64,000 bases of DNA from Narcine bancroftii (lineage: Eukaryota), in assembly GCF_036971445.1 (NCBI RefSeq), contig NC_091476.1, positions 26,598,001 to 26,662,000 of the forward strand, written 5' to 3'. The stretch's first letter is position 1. Each line of letters opens with the position of its first letter. The translations under genes were made by a program, and so were the position numbers. This document shows, piece by piece, positions 1 through 12,690 of this stretch. The notes beneath the pieces are model-generated. The model made no database searches. It had not been told where the DNA came from and saw only the letters and a program-made list of their open reading frames with translations.

Positions 1-833
1 TCTCTCTTTACATGTGCTCTCTTAAAGTGGTTCTCTAGCTAGAGTTTTGTTCACTTGTCCTCATATTGTTGTCACATTTAATTGGCTAAAACTTCCATGT
101 AGCACATTAGAATTATGTAAATGTAAATTGTTGTTCACCTACCAGAACTTTAACATGAACAAGTGGCATTCACCCACGAACACTTCAAGACAGGACAGAG
201 AGCAGGCACATTCATCAAATCTGCAGGACTGCGGATTAGAAGTAGAATATGTAGATTTTTGTTCTAATTATGATATTTTGGGATTCTACAGGTGTTTAAA
301 CCATTATCCAGTTACAAATAGATGTGTTTGTTTGATGACAAAAGGCAGCCTTTTAATTTATTACAAGTAGTTATCTGTATTTCATGGCATGTGGGCATAT
401 AAAACAGAGGGTGCTCATTGGCTGCAGATTTCCTGACTGTTCCCTTTCATTATCTTTCACTCTAAGCAGGAAACTGTAGCCCATCTTCCCATCTGTTGTG
501 CTGCTGTAGGCTTAGGTCACCTGTAGGCCCTGTGCAAGTTGCCATATTGTAGGTAAGCTGTTTGTCCTGAAGGCCTTGAAGTTAATTAGTATGTATAACT
601 ATTCACATGCCAGCACCAACAGCAGGCAGCTGGATTTCTTTAGGGACCCTTTTCATTTCCCTTTGCTGGTGACTAGCTCCAGGCAATGACACAACAGATG
701 AAGGGCGACTGGTTCGGACAACCCTTAGACTCCTTGTGGTCATGTGAGTCTGTGTCAGCTGTGAGGCAGCCGTGACTTGAAGAGACTGAAACCCAATTAT
801 TTGATTATTTTCTCCTCATTTAACCCAGGAGGC

Positions 834-835
<2 letters not shown>

Positions 836-885
<50 letters not shown>
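836..885. repeat. (GA)n microsatellite
   Basis: Perfect GA dinucleotide run seen directly. Confidence 0.97.
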
Positions 886-887
<2 letters not shown>

Positions 888-1679
888 AGCCAAATAGAAA
901 CAGTTCTCTCTTTGATGAGTGAACAATATGTCCACCAGTATCCACATCCAGCAAAGATGAACCATATTTGACCTGGCCAAACACTTGAAAGATAAATCAC
1001 TACAGGTACCATGAAAGGTTTTATACAATTGATTGACTCGAGTATTATTAAGTATGTTATCAATAAGCAATTTAAGTGTGTGTGACATTACCTTTCACTT
1101 TCACATTTATATCTGTGAACTTTGTTCAAGTTAAATTTGGCTGAAACTATTTTGTTGGTAATAAAATTTCAGAATTCATGTTGTACACTAATAATTTCAT
1201 TTATGCGTCTCAAAGGATTATTGGATTCACACTCCATTATCTGAAAGTCTTGTTACAGAATCCCATTATAACATATTCTACAGCAAATTTTACAATTATT
1301 AAAATATTGCACACAATCCTTTGGTTTTAATGAACGGTATTCCAATTCACATTTATGACATTCTCTATTAGAATCTATTTTATAACAAATTTGCACAGAG
1401 CAGATTAGAATTAAGTGCTCTCTGGGCAGAGTGAGAAGATAAGAATGTCGACAATTTGAAATGCTACTCCCACTCATTTGCCATCGTTTCCAGTATGCCT
1501 TGGCTGAGAGTTCTCCAATGGAGCCCTTGAGTGTAAGTTTACAGTGCTTTTGCAGGCTATCAACCATGGAGAGGTGTGCATTGACATCTAAAACCCTTGA
1601 AGATGAGATGCAATATGCTTGATTACCACTCCTCCGACCCAATAGCAGGCTGTTCCTCATCGCCACATCAGCTCTGCCT

Positions 1680-1693
1680 CCAGCAGAGGGCAG
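1680..1693 (+). promoter_or_regulatory. Candidate CTCF-binding motif
   Basis: CCAGCAGAGGGCAG fits core consensus CCASYAGRKGGCRS, in non-TE sequence; motif match only. Confidence 0.4.
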
Positions 1694-2079
1694 GGTGGTT
1701 CCAGATTTTGTGTTCAAAAGAGGCTGCACTGATCAAGCGTGACCTGGGAAGTGCAGTGTGCAACAGTGGTGCTTCCCACAGGCACTGCTATAGAGGTGGG
1801 ATAATGAGAAGGAGCAGTGAGTAGATTGAATGTCACCAGGATTTAAATAATAAATCGTACATGAGGAATTGAATCACTTCAATTGAGAAGACCCTGTCTG
1901 ATTCCCAGATATTAACCAATCTTTTCTCTTGCAGTCTAATAAGCCTCTTCATTCCTGAATTAGGATTACTGCTGTTGCTACACTTCTAAAGATTTTTAAA
2001 GATGCACAAACTTACTTTCGATGTCTTGCCCATCAAAGTCAAAAAGCCTCCCAACTCTCATGATCTTGATTTACACAAA

Positions 2080-2208
2080 AATAATGTCCATGTTGATAAG
2101 GCATGCCTGTGTGACTAATAATGTCCATGTAGATAAATAATGTCCATGTTGTTAAAGCAAGCCTATGTCAATAATTATGTCCACATGGAAAAATAACGTT
2201 CATGTGGA
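2080..2208. repeat. Degenerate short tandem repeat (AATAATGTCCATGT core, about 5 units)
   Basis: Core at 2080, 2117 and 2136; degenerate copies near 2173 and 2191. Confidence 0.75.
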
Positions 2209-3454
2209 TTGAATCAAGGAGCGAAAATGGAGGTGAGGCACTCATAATGTGAATAAATGACAGAATTGGTTGAGGGGCTGAAAGGCTTTCTCTTGATCCT
2301 ATCTTTGGATATTAGGAAGACTGAAGAGGCTGTGGAAGTACTCCTACTGGACATGTTCCCTATTAAAGAGGCACTGTACATCATTTATTTGATATATTTC
2401 AATTTTGACTCTCACATGTTGAAGCAAAAGGGACAAACATTTCTACCTCTCACAGTTCAGGAGAGCTCTCCTGTCTTTCAGTAGATTTAAGTGGAAAGCG
2501 GAGAGGGGTCTAACAGCGCAGAGCACTCTCTGGAACACAAAGCACAGGCGGGTGAGGTTCCATAATGGATTTCGCTCTTACCAAACAAGCTCTCATTTAT
2601 TATTTACAGATCCCTGAGATGCTGTTAAACAAGCTGGGGGATGGTGTCAGGCTTTAGCATTTAGAAGGGGAGTTGTTCTTTCAAAGCTGATGTGGGCAAG
2701 TCATACAATTTTCCAAAAAAGGTACAACCTGACTCTTCTGATGTGGAAGCTGTGGTGACAACACCCTTTCTCCCCTCTACCTGCTTCGCCATCTTAACAG
2801 TGAACAGAAAAGAAAATAAGATCTTGACCCTTATTACACCTTTGCCTCATCCCCAGTGTCACTCATCCTGACTTGTTGACAAATGCTATTAAATTCCATT
2901 CTCATTTGATTTTGCTACGGTGGAATAATCAAGCACAAAATTGGAAACCCCAGATTGAGAAACATTTCCACTACAACAATATTGCAAGTCATGATTATCC
3001 TACCTGAATAGCAAGGAATTGCCTTGGCAGAAGTTTGTGTAACATAAGATTTCAAATGGAACTTTACATGCTCATTTCAGCCTCATGTTACTTCAGTTTC
3101 ACTGTTCCCTCAGAGCTGTCTATCAGTCTAAGCTGCTGGGTATCCTGGGACTGCCTGTCACTTGAATCTCCCTGCTATTTTAGGGCTTTTTCCTTCAACC
3201 AGCTTGCTAACCTCAGGACTACCCTTCATTCTAATCTGACCATTTCAAGAATGATTGTCACTCCAAATTGTGTGTTACTAAATGGTTTTCTGGTATTCTA
3301 ATTTCTCACAAGTTGTCTGCTTTCTAAATATCCTGAAATATTGAAAGTGAATCCTTTCTTCTCACAAGCAGTTATTACTTATTAATGCTGTTTCTCTGTT
3401 CCAGGGCTAAATTTTACTTTAATCTCTGCCTGCTATCTTACAATCATGCAAGTT

Positions 3455-4085
3455 TAAGTTTATTTGATACATTATACTTCGAACAGTGAGCAGGCTGACA
3501 GGTTATCTCTAACATTCATTTGGTGTGTAAAGTTGCATCGAAAAGAAAGATTAGTTCTCATCAAGCAAGGGGAAGATGTTAGCAGAGTTGTAGGGTTCAT
3601 TCAGGACCCCGATTGCTGTGGGAATAAATTATTTTTAAGTCTGTTGGTGTGTGCTTTCACACTCTTAAGCTTTCTCGCTGATGGGAGGAGAGAAAAGAGA
3701 ATGTGTTCAGGGTATGATGGTTCTTACAGTATGGATGCAGTGCAAGATGTAGATGGAGTCTGTAGAGGGGAGAGAAGTTTGTGTTAATGTTCTGAGCTGC
3801 ATTCACTACTTCTTGTAGCTTCTTCAAATCTTAAGCTGAGTAGTTCCCAGAGCATGGTGTGATGCATCCAGCAAGTATACTTTCTATGTCACACCTATTG
3901 AGGGGAAAGGAAGGCAAGCCAAACTACCTTTGTCCTCTAAGAAAGTAGGGCATTGGTGTGCTTTCTTGACTGTTGCATCAGCACGCTGATCCTAGATCAG
4001 GTCATTGGAGGGGTCTATTCCGAAGAGCTAAAAGGTATCTATTCTTTTCACTTCAGTGCCTTTGATGCGGACAAAGGTATGAAGG
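3455..4085 (-). mobile_element. Rex1/Babar-type LINE 3' fragment, old
   Basis: Reverse strand resembles the Rex1 C-terminus (HP.H.LFSLLPSGR...TNRLKNSF) seen in better-preserved copies in this window. Confidence 0.7.
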
Positions 4086-4771
4086 TGATGCGTCATTCTT
4101 ACCTCCAGAAACAGATTGGTGCAGATCCTTGCATCCTTACAGGCTGAATCACATTGAGGAAGGGGTGGTTGGGATACGGCATATGCTTGTCCCAGTGTCC
4201 ATGGAAAATGGAAGATTGGAAATTGTTGAAGATGTTGTGTTCATGAATAATTTTTCCATTTTTCCATATTCACGGTCCCTTTACTGCAGGAAGATATCTT
4301 TAGATGATACTCTTTTACCACATACGTCCCCTTTCCCGTTTCATGACCTTAATTTGGGCCTTCCTGGTTTTGGATGTACAGAGGAAAGCCATTATCCTGA
4401 CAAGAAATAAGATACAGAAGTCAAACTTGGGAATAACAAAACCATAAATGAATATTTTCAAGGAAATGGGGTGACATAAAGTTTAAGGCAGAAACTTTTG
4501 GTTGTGGACCTGGACCTTTCTGACTAATAGCACATATAGGTTAAATATCACTTGACCATTGATCATCATAGCCCAATAAGTTTTCTATGTGGAACAATCT
4601 AGTGGGAGATAGCCCCTCTCTCTTCATACTTGCTCTATGTCATATTATGTTTCAGTCTATTTAAATACTAAGGAATAAGATGGAGAATATATGGTTAACT
4701 TATGAGCCAAATATGGCAGCACCACTGTTACCAACATTAAGTTGGTTGTCAGTATATTGATGCTGGATATT

Positions 4772-4906
4772 NNNNNNNNNNNNNNNNNNNNNNNNNNNNN
4801 NNNNNNNNNNNNNNNNNNNNNNNNNNNNNNNNNNNNNNNNNNNNNNNNNNNNNNNNNNNNNNNNNNNNNNNNNNNNNNNNNNNNNNNNNNNNNNNNNNNN
4901 NNNNNN
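4772..4906. other. Assembly gap (135 N)
   Basis: Run of N. Confidence 1.
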
Positions 4907-7739
4907 TCAGTCTCTTACACATAGAGTACAGGCGAGAGGTAGCAATTTTGATGAAAATAAATTTTCTTTCCTTTTCATGACCCTCCTCATGAGTAAGAAG
5001 ACCCAATGGGAAGAGAGAAGCCACTTCCAATATGGAATGAAGGCAGGTAGAATAGATCCCCCTGATGGAGAAAAGAAGAAACTATCAAGCAGAAGACTGA
5101 GAACAAAAATCCATTTCAGAGGTCAAAGTTCAACAAGTGCTCTCTTCAATCTCCTGGTTCTGATCAATAAGGCCTCCAAAAACATATTTGGAGATAATGT
5201 GAACCAGAGAAATAGGAACAACGTAACAAGGACTATTTCTTTGCTTGAGGGAATATTATTGATGTTCTTCTGCTTTTAAAAGACTAAAGCTGCATAATTT
5301 CTTTTGAGCATTCTGTGTTTGCAGCCTTGTAAGTATTTGGAACAAAGACTGCTGTGGCCAGTGGAAATGTCATAATAAATGAATTATGCCACTGTATTCA
5401 CCTTCCACCTTTCAAGGAGTAGACATCCCTCTATAATTGTGTCTAAATGAGAAGATGACCTAATTGAAATGATTCGTTCATCCTAGTCTCCCATCTCCTG
5501 CCTGGAGTAAGCACAATTAATAAGGAGTCAAGACTCTGGAGTAGAGAATTTATTTCCTTATGGTCTGTCCATAAAACAACGATCCTTCCAAAAGGACTGA
5601 TTTGCATGCACTTGTCAGTGAAATTATTGCCCTGGTGATCTGACATTTCAAATCAAAGGGACAATGAGTCAACTTGTTAAATTATGCACTGTTTTTCATT
5701 TACACACCAACCAATACTACACTTCCTTTTCTCAGTTCTTCTATTTTTACAATCTGTATTTCTGAATCCAGGTGCATATCACAGTGAAGTCTGATTTTGA
5801 TATGATACTACTGAAGCTCCATTAAATGGTTATATGTCCTCTTGTGCAGCTTATCATACTACTTGGAATTTATTGCCTTCTCTTTGTTACTCCTAAGCAT
5901 CCCCTTTTTTAGATCCTCCGCACTGAATTCCTGGACCAATGGAGGTACCTGTCCCAGTGAATCAGTTGTTTAATGGGCTGAATAATTTTGTGCTTAATAG
6001 AAGAGAGGACCTATGTAACTGGCTGTCAAAATTGGCTGCAGTTTCCCCAAGATTAAATTAGCATGAGGAGGGAGGGGCCATGGAAGATTTCATGAGGCTT
6101 TCTAATCTGAATTGTTGCCTTCTAAATTTGGTAGGATCTATGAGTCAAAACGTTGTTGGATAGTGATGCCAACTATTATCAAGGAGCCCGATCCTGGAAA
6201 CTGAGAACTATCTGGCTGCACCTGGCCATGTTAGAAGTTATGCTTTTGTCAGTATTCTTCTGAATACCAGCATTTTATCTGGATCAAGAAACGAGGTTAG
6301 GCCCAACCTTACTTAAATCAGCTGATGCCGAGTAGACACTCTTGTGTCATGTCATTGACAGGGAGAAGGGAAGTGTTAGTAAATTGAGGTGGAGGTCCAA
6401 TGATTTTGGAACTTTATTTACAGTTTGAAGGGTTCAAATTAATAGCATTGTGAAATAATTGAATGGCTTCACTCAGAGGAGGGCAGTTGTTCTGCCACAG
6501 AGCAGAGCTATTTCAAAATTCAATCCATTTAGTTCCACCTCCTCATTTTATCCACATTCCTTCAATAGTTTCTTCCCTTTTTCAAAAAATGAATCTGAAT
6601 TCATTCCAAACCCTAACTTGCATAATGTTTCACAGCATTCTTTAAGTCACCTTCAATTCTGTTGCCAATCATCTTAATTCTGTTTTCTCTGGTTATAAAT
6701 CCCCTGACTGGTGGAAATGTTTTTATTTATTTACTCTATCTAAGGTGAACATGAAGTTTAAAACTCTTTAAATATTATTGAAGTATATTGTTTTGGGATT
6801 TTTATTCTCACATTTAAATGCTTATGTGAACAAATCATTTTGGTTGTTCATATGGATTAATGACACAGCAAGAAACTGTGCACAACAGAAAAAGAGGTTT
6901 ATATCCATTCAAACATGCACAACAATTCACTCTGAAACCCTGGTACAAATGCTCCATTATAAATCCACAGCTGTGCTCCTTGATACAATGTTCTCGATCT
7001 TCTCTATCACAGTTTGGAGGTTCAGTCAAGCACTGAACAGTTCCTCATATTAAGTTTGTATTCAATATACATTTATATTTACCATCTATGTCTGTTTCTG
7101 CAGTGTAGCATGTTTATGTGTTCTATATGGCATTTGCACATAGAGTGATGAAGGTATTGTATGAATTTGCCAAATTCCAAGGCACTGGCTAAAATTTATC
7201 ATATACAGACAGGAATCTTGAAAGAAAAATTAGAAGCAAGTGTTGAATAAAAATATGGGAGACAGGAAGTCTTGAAATCCATTTAAAAAAATAGTGTAAG
7301 TACTTTCCTAAAAATGACAGTTAGAGCTTGGATATTAAGTTGATGCAATTAATAATTATCATGAATCAGCAAAGTGAGCTTAAACATTTCAACTCTGCAT
7401 GTATTGATAGATTTGATAAGATAGGTATGGGAGGCAGGAATGGATTTAGCATTTCCTGGAGTAAATCTGCTGCACCAGAGGTCAACTTTGAAAAGAATTT
7501 TATCTGTGTGGCATCAAGTAACCAGTAAAGTTCCATTGAACTTTTATTGTTCCATATGGACTAGAGAAGGGAAATAATAAGTATAACCCAGGCTTGCTGT
7601 ATCTCCAAAGTTGGGGCAAACAATTTTGACTATGTCTTTTGGGTGCAGAAGCTCAAGACAATTCAGAACTGAAATTCCAGAGACAAAAAAATACAATATG
7701 ATAAAAAAATGAATTTGACTCACCCTTCGGAATTTGGAG

Positions 7740-7840
7740 CAAAAAATAATCAGCTGGAGGAATTCAATGATCAAGAACCATCAGTGGGAGAAATAGAATG
7801 GCCAACATTTTGGGCAGAACCCTTCATCAAGACTAGCATT
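7740..7840 (-). mobile_element. Penelope-like element terminal fragment with decayed hammerhead core
   Basis: Reverse complement reads CTTGATGAAGGGTTCTGCCCAAAATGTTG; GCTGGAGGAATTCA motif shared with other PLE termini here. Confidence 0.55.
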
Positions 7841-8249
7841 CTCCTGATTTAGTTCCAGGACAATTCTCATATTCAGTATGCAGGAGGCAGAATGATGTTT
7901 ATCAATAGAACTGGTTGGAGCATGCGTGGCAGCAACAAAAATCCATGGCCATCAAGAACTGGAATAGTCTTACAGTCCATCCACACCTTCCCTCATGCCC
8001 TATAGCATCCAGCCCTTCACTACCTGTAACACTTCAGTGGAATTATCTGCAACTTCCATGTGTTGGATAAAATTAGTGTCATTTGGCCTGATCCAAGTAA
8101 AGCTGAAGGCACTAATTGATCATATCACTTTTGTATTTGACTCATTAGTTCACAGATTCTGCTGTGTCAAATTAAAACAAATTCTGTATTCTTTGGGCAT
8201 CAGCACAGGACAATCATTTGGGGTAAATCAGTGAAACTCACCGGCCTAT

Positions 8250-8470
8250 AGTAAAACACAAAAGTCTGCAGACACCGTGGCTGAAGTAAAAGGGCAATGC
8301 TGGAGAAACTCAGCAGGTCAAACAGTGTACTTTATAGAGCAAAAATAAAGATACATAACCAACATTTTGGGCCTTGTTGAAGGGCTCAAGCCTGAAACAT
8401 TGGTAACGTATCTTTATCTTTGCTACATAAAGTACAGTGTTTGACCTGCTGAGTTTCTGTGCTTTTTACT
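8250..8470. mobile_element. Palindromic (head-to-head) Penelope-terminus element
   Basis: Arm GAAACTCAGCAGGTCAAACAGTGTACTTTAT... pairs with ...ATAAAGTACAGTGTTTGACCTGCTGAGTTTC; centre TTGAAGGGCTCAAGCCTGAAAC. Confidence 0.75.
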
Positions 8471-8984
8471 CATTGGCCTACAAGTTGTTGTGGTAAATAA
8501 GGCAAATAGATTATTGAGCTTTGAGATTGAACAATGGATTTTAGGATAAGATCTTGAGTCAAAATAGGGGATATTTGTTTGTTCCCATCTGAAGTATTGC
8601 CAACAGTTTTGGACACATTACATGTTGAAAGGAAGATAACACACCAAAAAAATACAAGTCTGATCTCAGCTATAAAAATGTGGTCTATGACAGAAATATT
8701 AACACTTCTCTCTCCAAAGATGTCTGATATTTTGAGGTTTTTCAGCTTTTTTAAAAAAATGAAAAATAAGATAGTTTTGCTTTAAAAAAGACTCAGGAGG
8801 TCTTACTGTTCACTTAATCTCGAAATGCTGAGATGCAAGAGGAATAGAAGATCACAAAATGTAACTAACGAGAAAATGGTGAAGATTTGGAATGGTTAAC
8901 CCAGAAGGTAAATTATGGTTAAAATGAGGCATGTATCTAAATGGTGAACTGCATGATCTGAACTGCAATGCCTCCCAGAAAAAC

Positions 8985-9135
8985 TAGGAACGATATTTAG
9001 AAAGGTACATAGATTAGGAAAAGTTTACAGGACAGGGTTCAAGCATAAGCAAATATGACCAGCTCATTTCGGCAATTTGATTGACATGGATGAGTGTGTC
9101 AAAGGGCATATATCATGTTATATAACTTTGACTCT
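8985..9135 (+). mobile_element. CR1/HER1 LINE 3' end, old
   Basis: Degenerate CR1 3' UTR (GGCATGGATGAG...AAAGGGC...) matching the younger copies. Confidence 0.55.
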
Positions 9136-9934
9136 GTACCTGATATTCTTTTTGGCGCCTGTAAACATGCCTTTGTATTGCCTGGATAAACGGATAAATA
9201 AATCCTGAAAATTAATTTGTTTGCAGGAAATAAAAACATGATAGGAAATATATGAGGTTGAATCTAATTCAAAAGAACAATTTCAGCTGCTGGAAGATTT
9301 CTCTATCTTACTCCAGCAGTATATTAATACCTACAGATTGCCTGCCACTCTGAATATAATGTTGATAGTGTTTCTACATCACTTTTAATATATTGCTACA
9401 TTCTGAATTTCTGAGATTACTGCTATAGTGTGAAACAAATGTCACCATATGGATTGGATAATAAGCCTTTATTAATGTATTTACATCTCCAGGATGCCTC
9501 CTGGTGGCTGAAATCTAAAAATGCTTCCCATATTTGTAGTTGATATGTTCTAACTTTAAATTTTCAGAAAGCTTTATCCACGAATGGGGCAATGCTCATG
9601 TTCTTGATGAATTCTGTCCATTCAAAATTACCTGAAGTATCCATTACACAGTAGTCCCAAAATGCTGGGAACCTTTTAATATTTAAATCATTAATTAAAT
9701 TCTGTGGAGTTAGTGAATTGGCAAGTATAGGATGCTGGGAATTCTGGCAGTCGACATTGCGAAAAAACTGTCCAAAAGGCAAATTTAGGATTAGTATCTG
9801 TTAAGTCCTTAACACGGGAATGAGCATGTCGAATGGGATTTTGAGTACTATAATCAGGTAAGACTTTGGAATTAGTTATTAAGACTGTTATATTTAAGAT
9901 CTACTTCATTTATTTTCTTGCATTTTTTTTAAAA

Positions 9935-10155
9935 ACATAGCTATACAGCACGTTATCAGTCCTTTCTGGCCCACAAGCCCATGTGGCCAAATGCCCCATT
10001 AACATCCAACCCCCCCCCCCCATATGTTTTGAAGGGTAGAAGGAAATCAGAGCACCCCAAATAAACCCACACAGACATGAGGAAAATGTACAAATTCCTT
10101 ACAGACAGCGCTAGATTCAAATCGGGGTCGCTGGCTATAACAGCATTGTGCTAAT
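9935..10155 (-). mobile_element. HE1-type tRNA-derived SINE
   Basis: TACAAATTCCTTACAGACAGCG...GATTCAAA (B-box side) and CR1-like tail in reverse. Confidence 0.8.
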
Positions 10156-10179
10156 TATTTTTCTTTCTTGTTTTCTGCA

Positions 10180-10355
10180 ATAGCAATTCTGGTTCAAATC
10201 GGGCAGTATCTGTAAGGGTTTGTACATTCTCCCTTGTTTTCTGCATGGGTATTCTCCAGGTGCTCCGATTTCCTCCGACCCTCCAAAAAGAATGGTGTTG
10301 GTAGGTTTATTGGGTGGAATTGGGCAGAACAGGTTTCATAGGCTGGAAGGCCCTT
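10180..10355 (+). mobile_element. HE1-type SINE, head-to-head with the previous copy
   Basis: GGTTCAAATC...CTGTAAGGGTTTGTACATTCTCCC...TGCTCCGATTTCCTCC. Confidence 0.75.
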
Positions 10356-10357
10356 CT

Positions 10358-10830
10358 TTTTTTAATCTCTTTTATTGGTTTTTATAAGAAATACAATACA
10401 ATGAAGAAAAGAGAACAAAACTGAAATTTCAATATTGCATGTGCGTGTGTATGTATAATCCTGATCCACCCTCCTCCGCAAAGTGAAAAAAATCAAAGTA
10501 TTATATAAAAAAATCCCACCTAACCTACTCTAATAAAAAAAGAAAAAAATTAACAAGAAACAACTGAGCAGCTTATCCTGAGGGTAACATATATTTTGTG
10601 GTTTTGGTTCCTACCGTAAACCAAAAAATACATTAGAAATATTTACATCATATGAAAATAAGGTCGCCATGTATCTTCAAATTTCAACGATGAATCAAAT
10701 ACATAATCTAATTTTTTCTAAGCTTATACAAGACATAATATGAGAGAACCACTGAAACATAGTTAGAGGTCTAGAGTCTTTCAATTTGAATAGGATGGCT
10801 CCTCTAGCCAACAATGTGGCAAAGGCCACA
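10358..10830 (-). mobile_element. L1/Tx1-type LINE 3' fragment
   Basis: Reverse strand reads about WFSHIMSCISLEKIRY...FEDTWRPYF, followed by a 3' UTR with AATAAA and an A-rich tail. Confidence 0.7.
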
Positions 10831-10914
10831 ACCTGTTGAACAGGTTCAGAAAAGCTCCCTCTGTCTTGCTCGTAGCTCCACCTGGAGTATAGATGAAAAG
10901 ATAGGGTCTTCTAT

Positions 10915-12340
10915 CAGAATCAGAATTTGTCGTCATGAACAAGTCATGAAATTCGGTATCTTGCGGCAGCGTCATAGAGCAAACATTCATATTATAACCA
11001 TTTTACAACATTATTATAAAGAAAATAGTAGTGCACGAAAAGTAAGGCAGTGTCTTCTTATTCAAGAAATTGATGGTAGCGGAGAAGAAGCAATCTTTGT
11101 GGTGTTGAGCGCTCATCTTAAGGCTCCTGTACCTTTTTCCCAATGGTAGAAGAGTGAAGAGGATGTGGCTTGCGTGGTGGGTGTCTTTGAGGATAGAAAC
11201 TGCCTGATGTAGATGCCCTTGATGGAGTGAAGACTGGTGCCTGTGATGTCACAGGCCAAGTTCACAACCCTCTGGAGTTTATTCTTGTCCTGAGAGTTGG
11301 AGCCTCTGTACCTGGCAGTGATGCAATGAGCCACAATGCTCTCTACGGTACACCTGTAGAAATTTTTGAGAGTTTTCGTTGACATACCAAATCTTCTCAG
11401 ACACCTTACAAAGTATAGCTGCTGGCGGGGCTTCTTTGTGATGGAGGCTCCAAGACAGATCCTCGGAGATATTGATGGCCAGGAATTTGAAGTTCTTGAT
11501 CCCGTCCACTACTGAGTCCTCAATGAGGACTGGGTTGTTCTCTTGACTTCCTTCTGACGACAAAAATCATCTTCTTAGTTTTGCAAGGTTGTTGTTACAT
11601 GATTCAACAAGCTGATCTATCTCCCTCCTGTATGCTTCTTCATTGCCATTTGTGAATCTGCAGACAACTGTGTTGTCTTTGGAAAACTTGTAGTTTGCAT
11701 TGTAATTGTGCCTGGCCACACAGTCATGGATGTAGAGCAGTGGGCTAAGCACACATCCTTGGGGTGCACCTGTGTTGAAGATCAATGAGGAGGAGATGTT
11801 ACTTCCAATTCATATTGACTGTGGTCTCCAATGAGGAAGTCAAGATCCAGTTGTACACTGAGGTATAGAGGCCTAGAGTTTGTAGCTTCCTGACCAGCAC
11901 TGAGGGAATAATGGTATTGAAGGTCAAGCTGTAGTCTATGAAGACCAGCCATATGTATTAATTGCAGTTTTCAAGGTGATCCAGAGCTAAGTGGAGAGCC
12001 AGCAATTTTGCATCTACTGTTGAGTGATTGTGATGAGGTGTATTCTAGTGGGTCCAAATCTTTGCTTAGGTCCGTGTTAATTCTGGCCATGACCAGCCTC
12101 TCAAAGCATTTCATCACAGTAGATGTTAATGCTACTGCACAGTAGTCATTGAGACAGCTCACACTATTCTTCTTGGGTACTAGGATGACTGAAGCATTTT
12201 TGAAACAGGTGGGAACCTCTGACTTGAGAGGTTGAAAATGTCGATGACATTCCGGCTAGTAAGTTGGTGCAGATTTTCAGTACCCTGCCAGGTACGCCGT
12301 TAAGGCCTGACACTTTGCAAGGGTTAACATTGTTAAATGC
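10915..12340 (-). mobile_element. Rex1/Babar LINE, 5'-truncated, frameshifted RT
   Basis: ORF pieces [50 protein letters not shown]; (ATTCTG)n tail. Confidence 0.9.
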
Positions 12341-12554
12341 ATTAACATTTTTTTTTTAATTAAAATGATTGAACTCACCATTTACTAAATGTTGCTTACT
12401 CTATCAGGATACCAAAAGAGATACAGTCCTATGAAATTCATGCCATCTCCAATCAAAGCAATCTTTATCAATCTCAATCTCTCTCTCATTTTCCTACTCA
12501 ACTAATTTAATTTCATATGCCCTTCAGATCATAGACTACATACTGACACACTGA

Positions 12555-12690
12555 TCAGTGCATTTTTGGAACATGGGAGGGCACCAGCACACCATAAAGA
12601 AACCTATTTCTTCATGGAGAACATACAAACTTCACATAGACAGCATCCATAGTCCTGTCCCTGGGGCTGGGAGATGGCAGTGTGAATTGA
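12555..12690 (-). mobile_element. Old HE1-type SINE fragment
   Basis: GGAGAACATACAAACTTCACATAGACAGCA motif. Confidence 0.55.

Noticed and set aside
470-552. Plus-strand segment with good acceptor and GTAAGC donor
   Set aside because: Stops in all three frames and no supporting context
1253-1729. 158-aa minus-strand ORF
   Set aside because: No recognisable domain and non-ATG start; likely a chance ORF
2080-2208. CRISPR-like repeat-spacer appearance
   Set aside because: Eukaryotic context; repeats are short, spacers are related to each other and irregular, and there are no cas genes
9568-9635. SFIHEWGNAHVLDEF, superficially like the CLCA HExxH region
   Set aside because: No true HExxH, and the frame stops within about 20 codons
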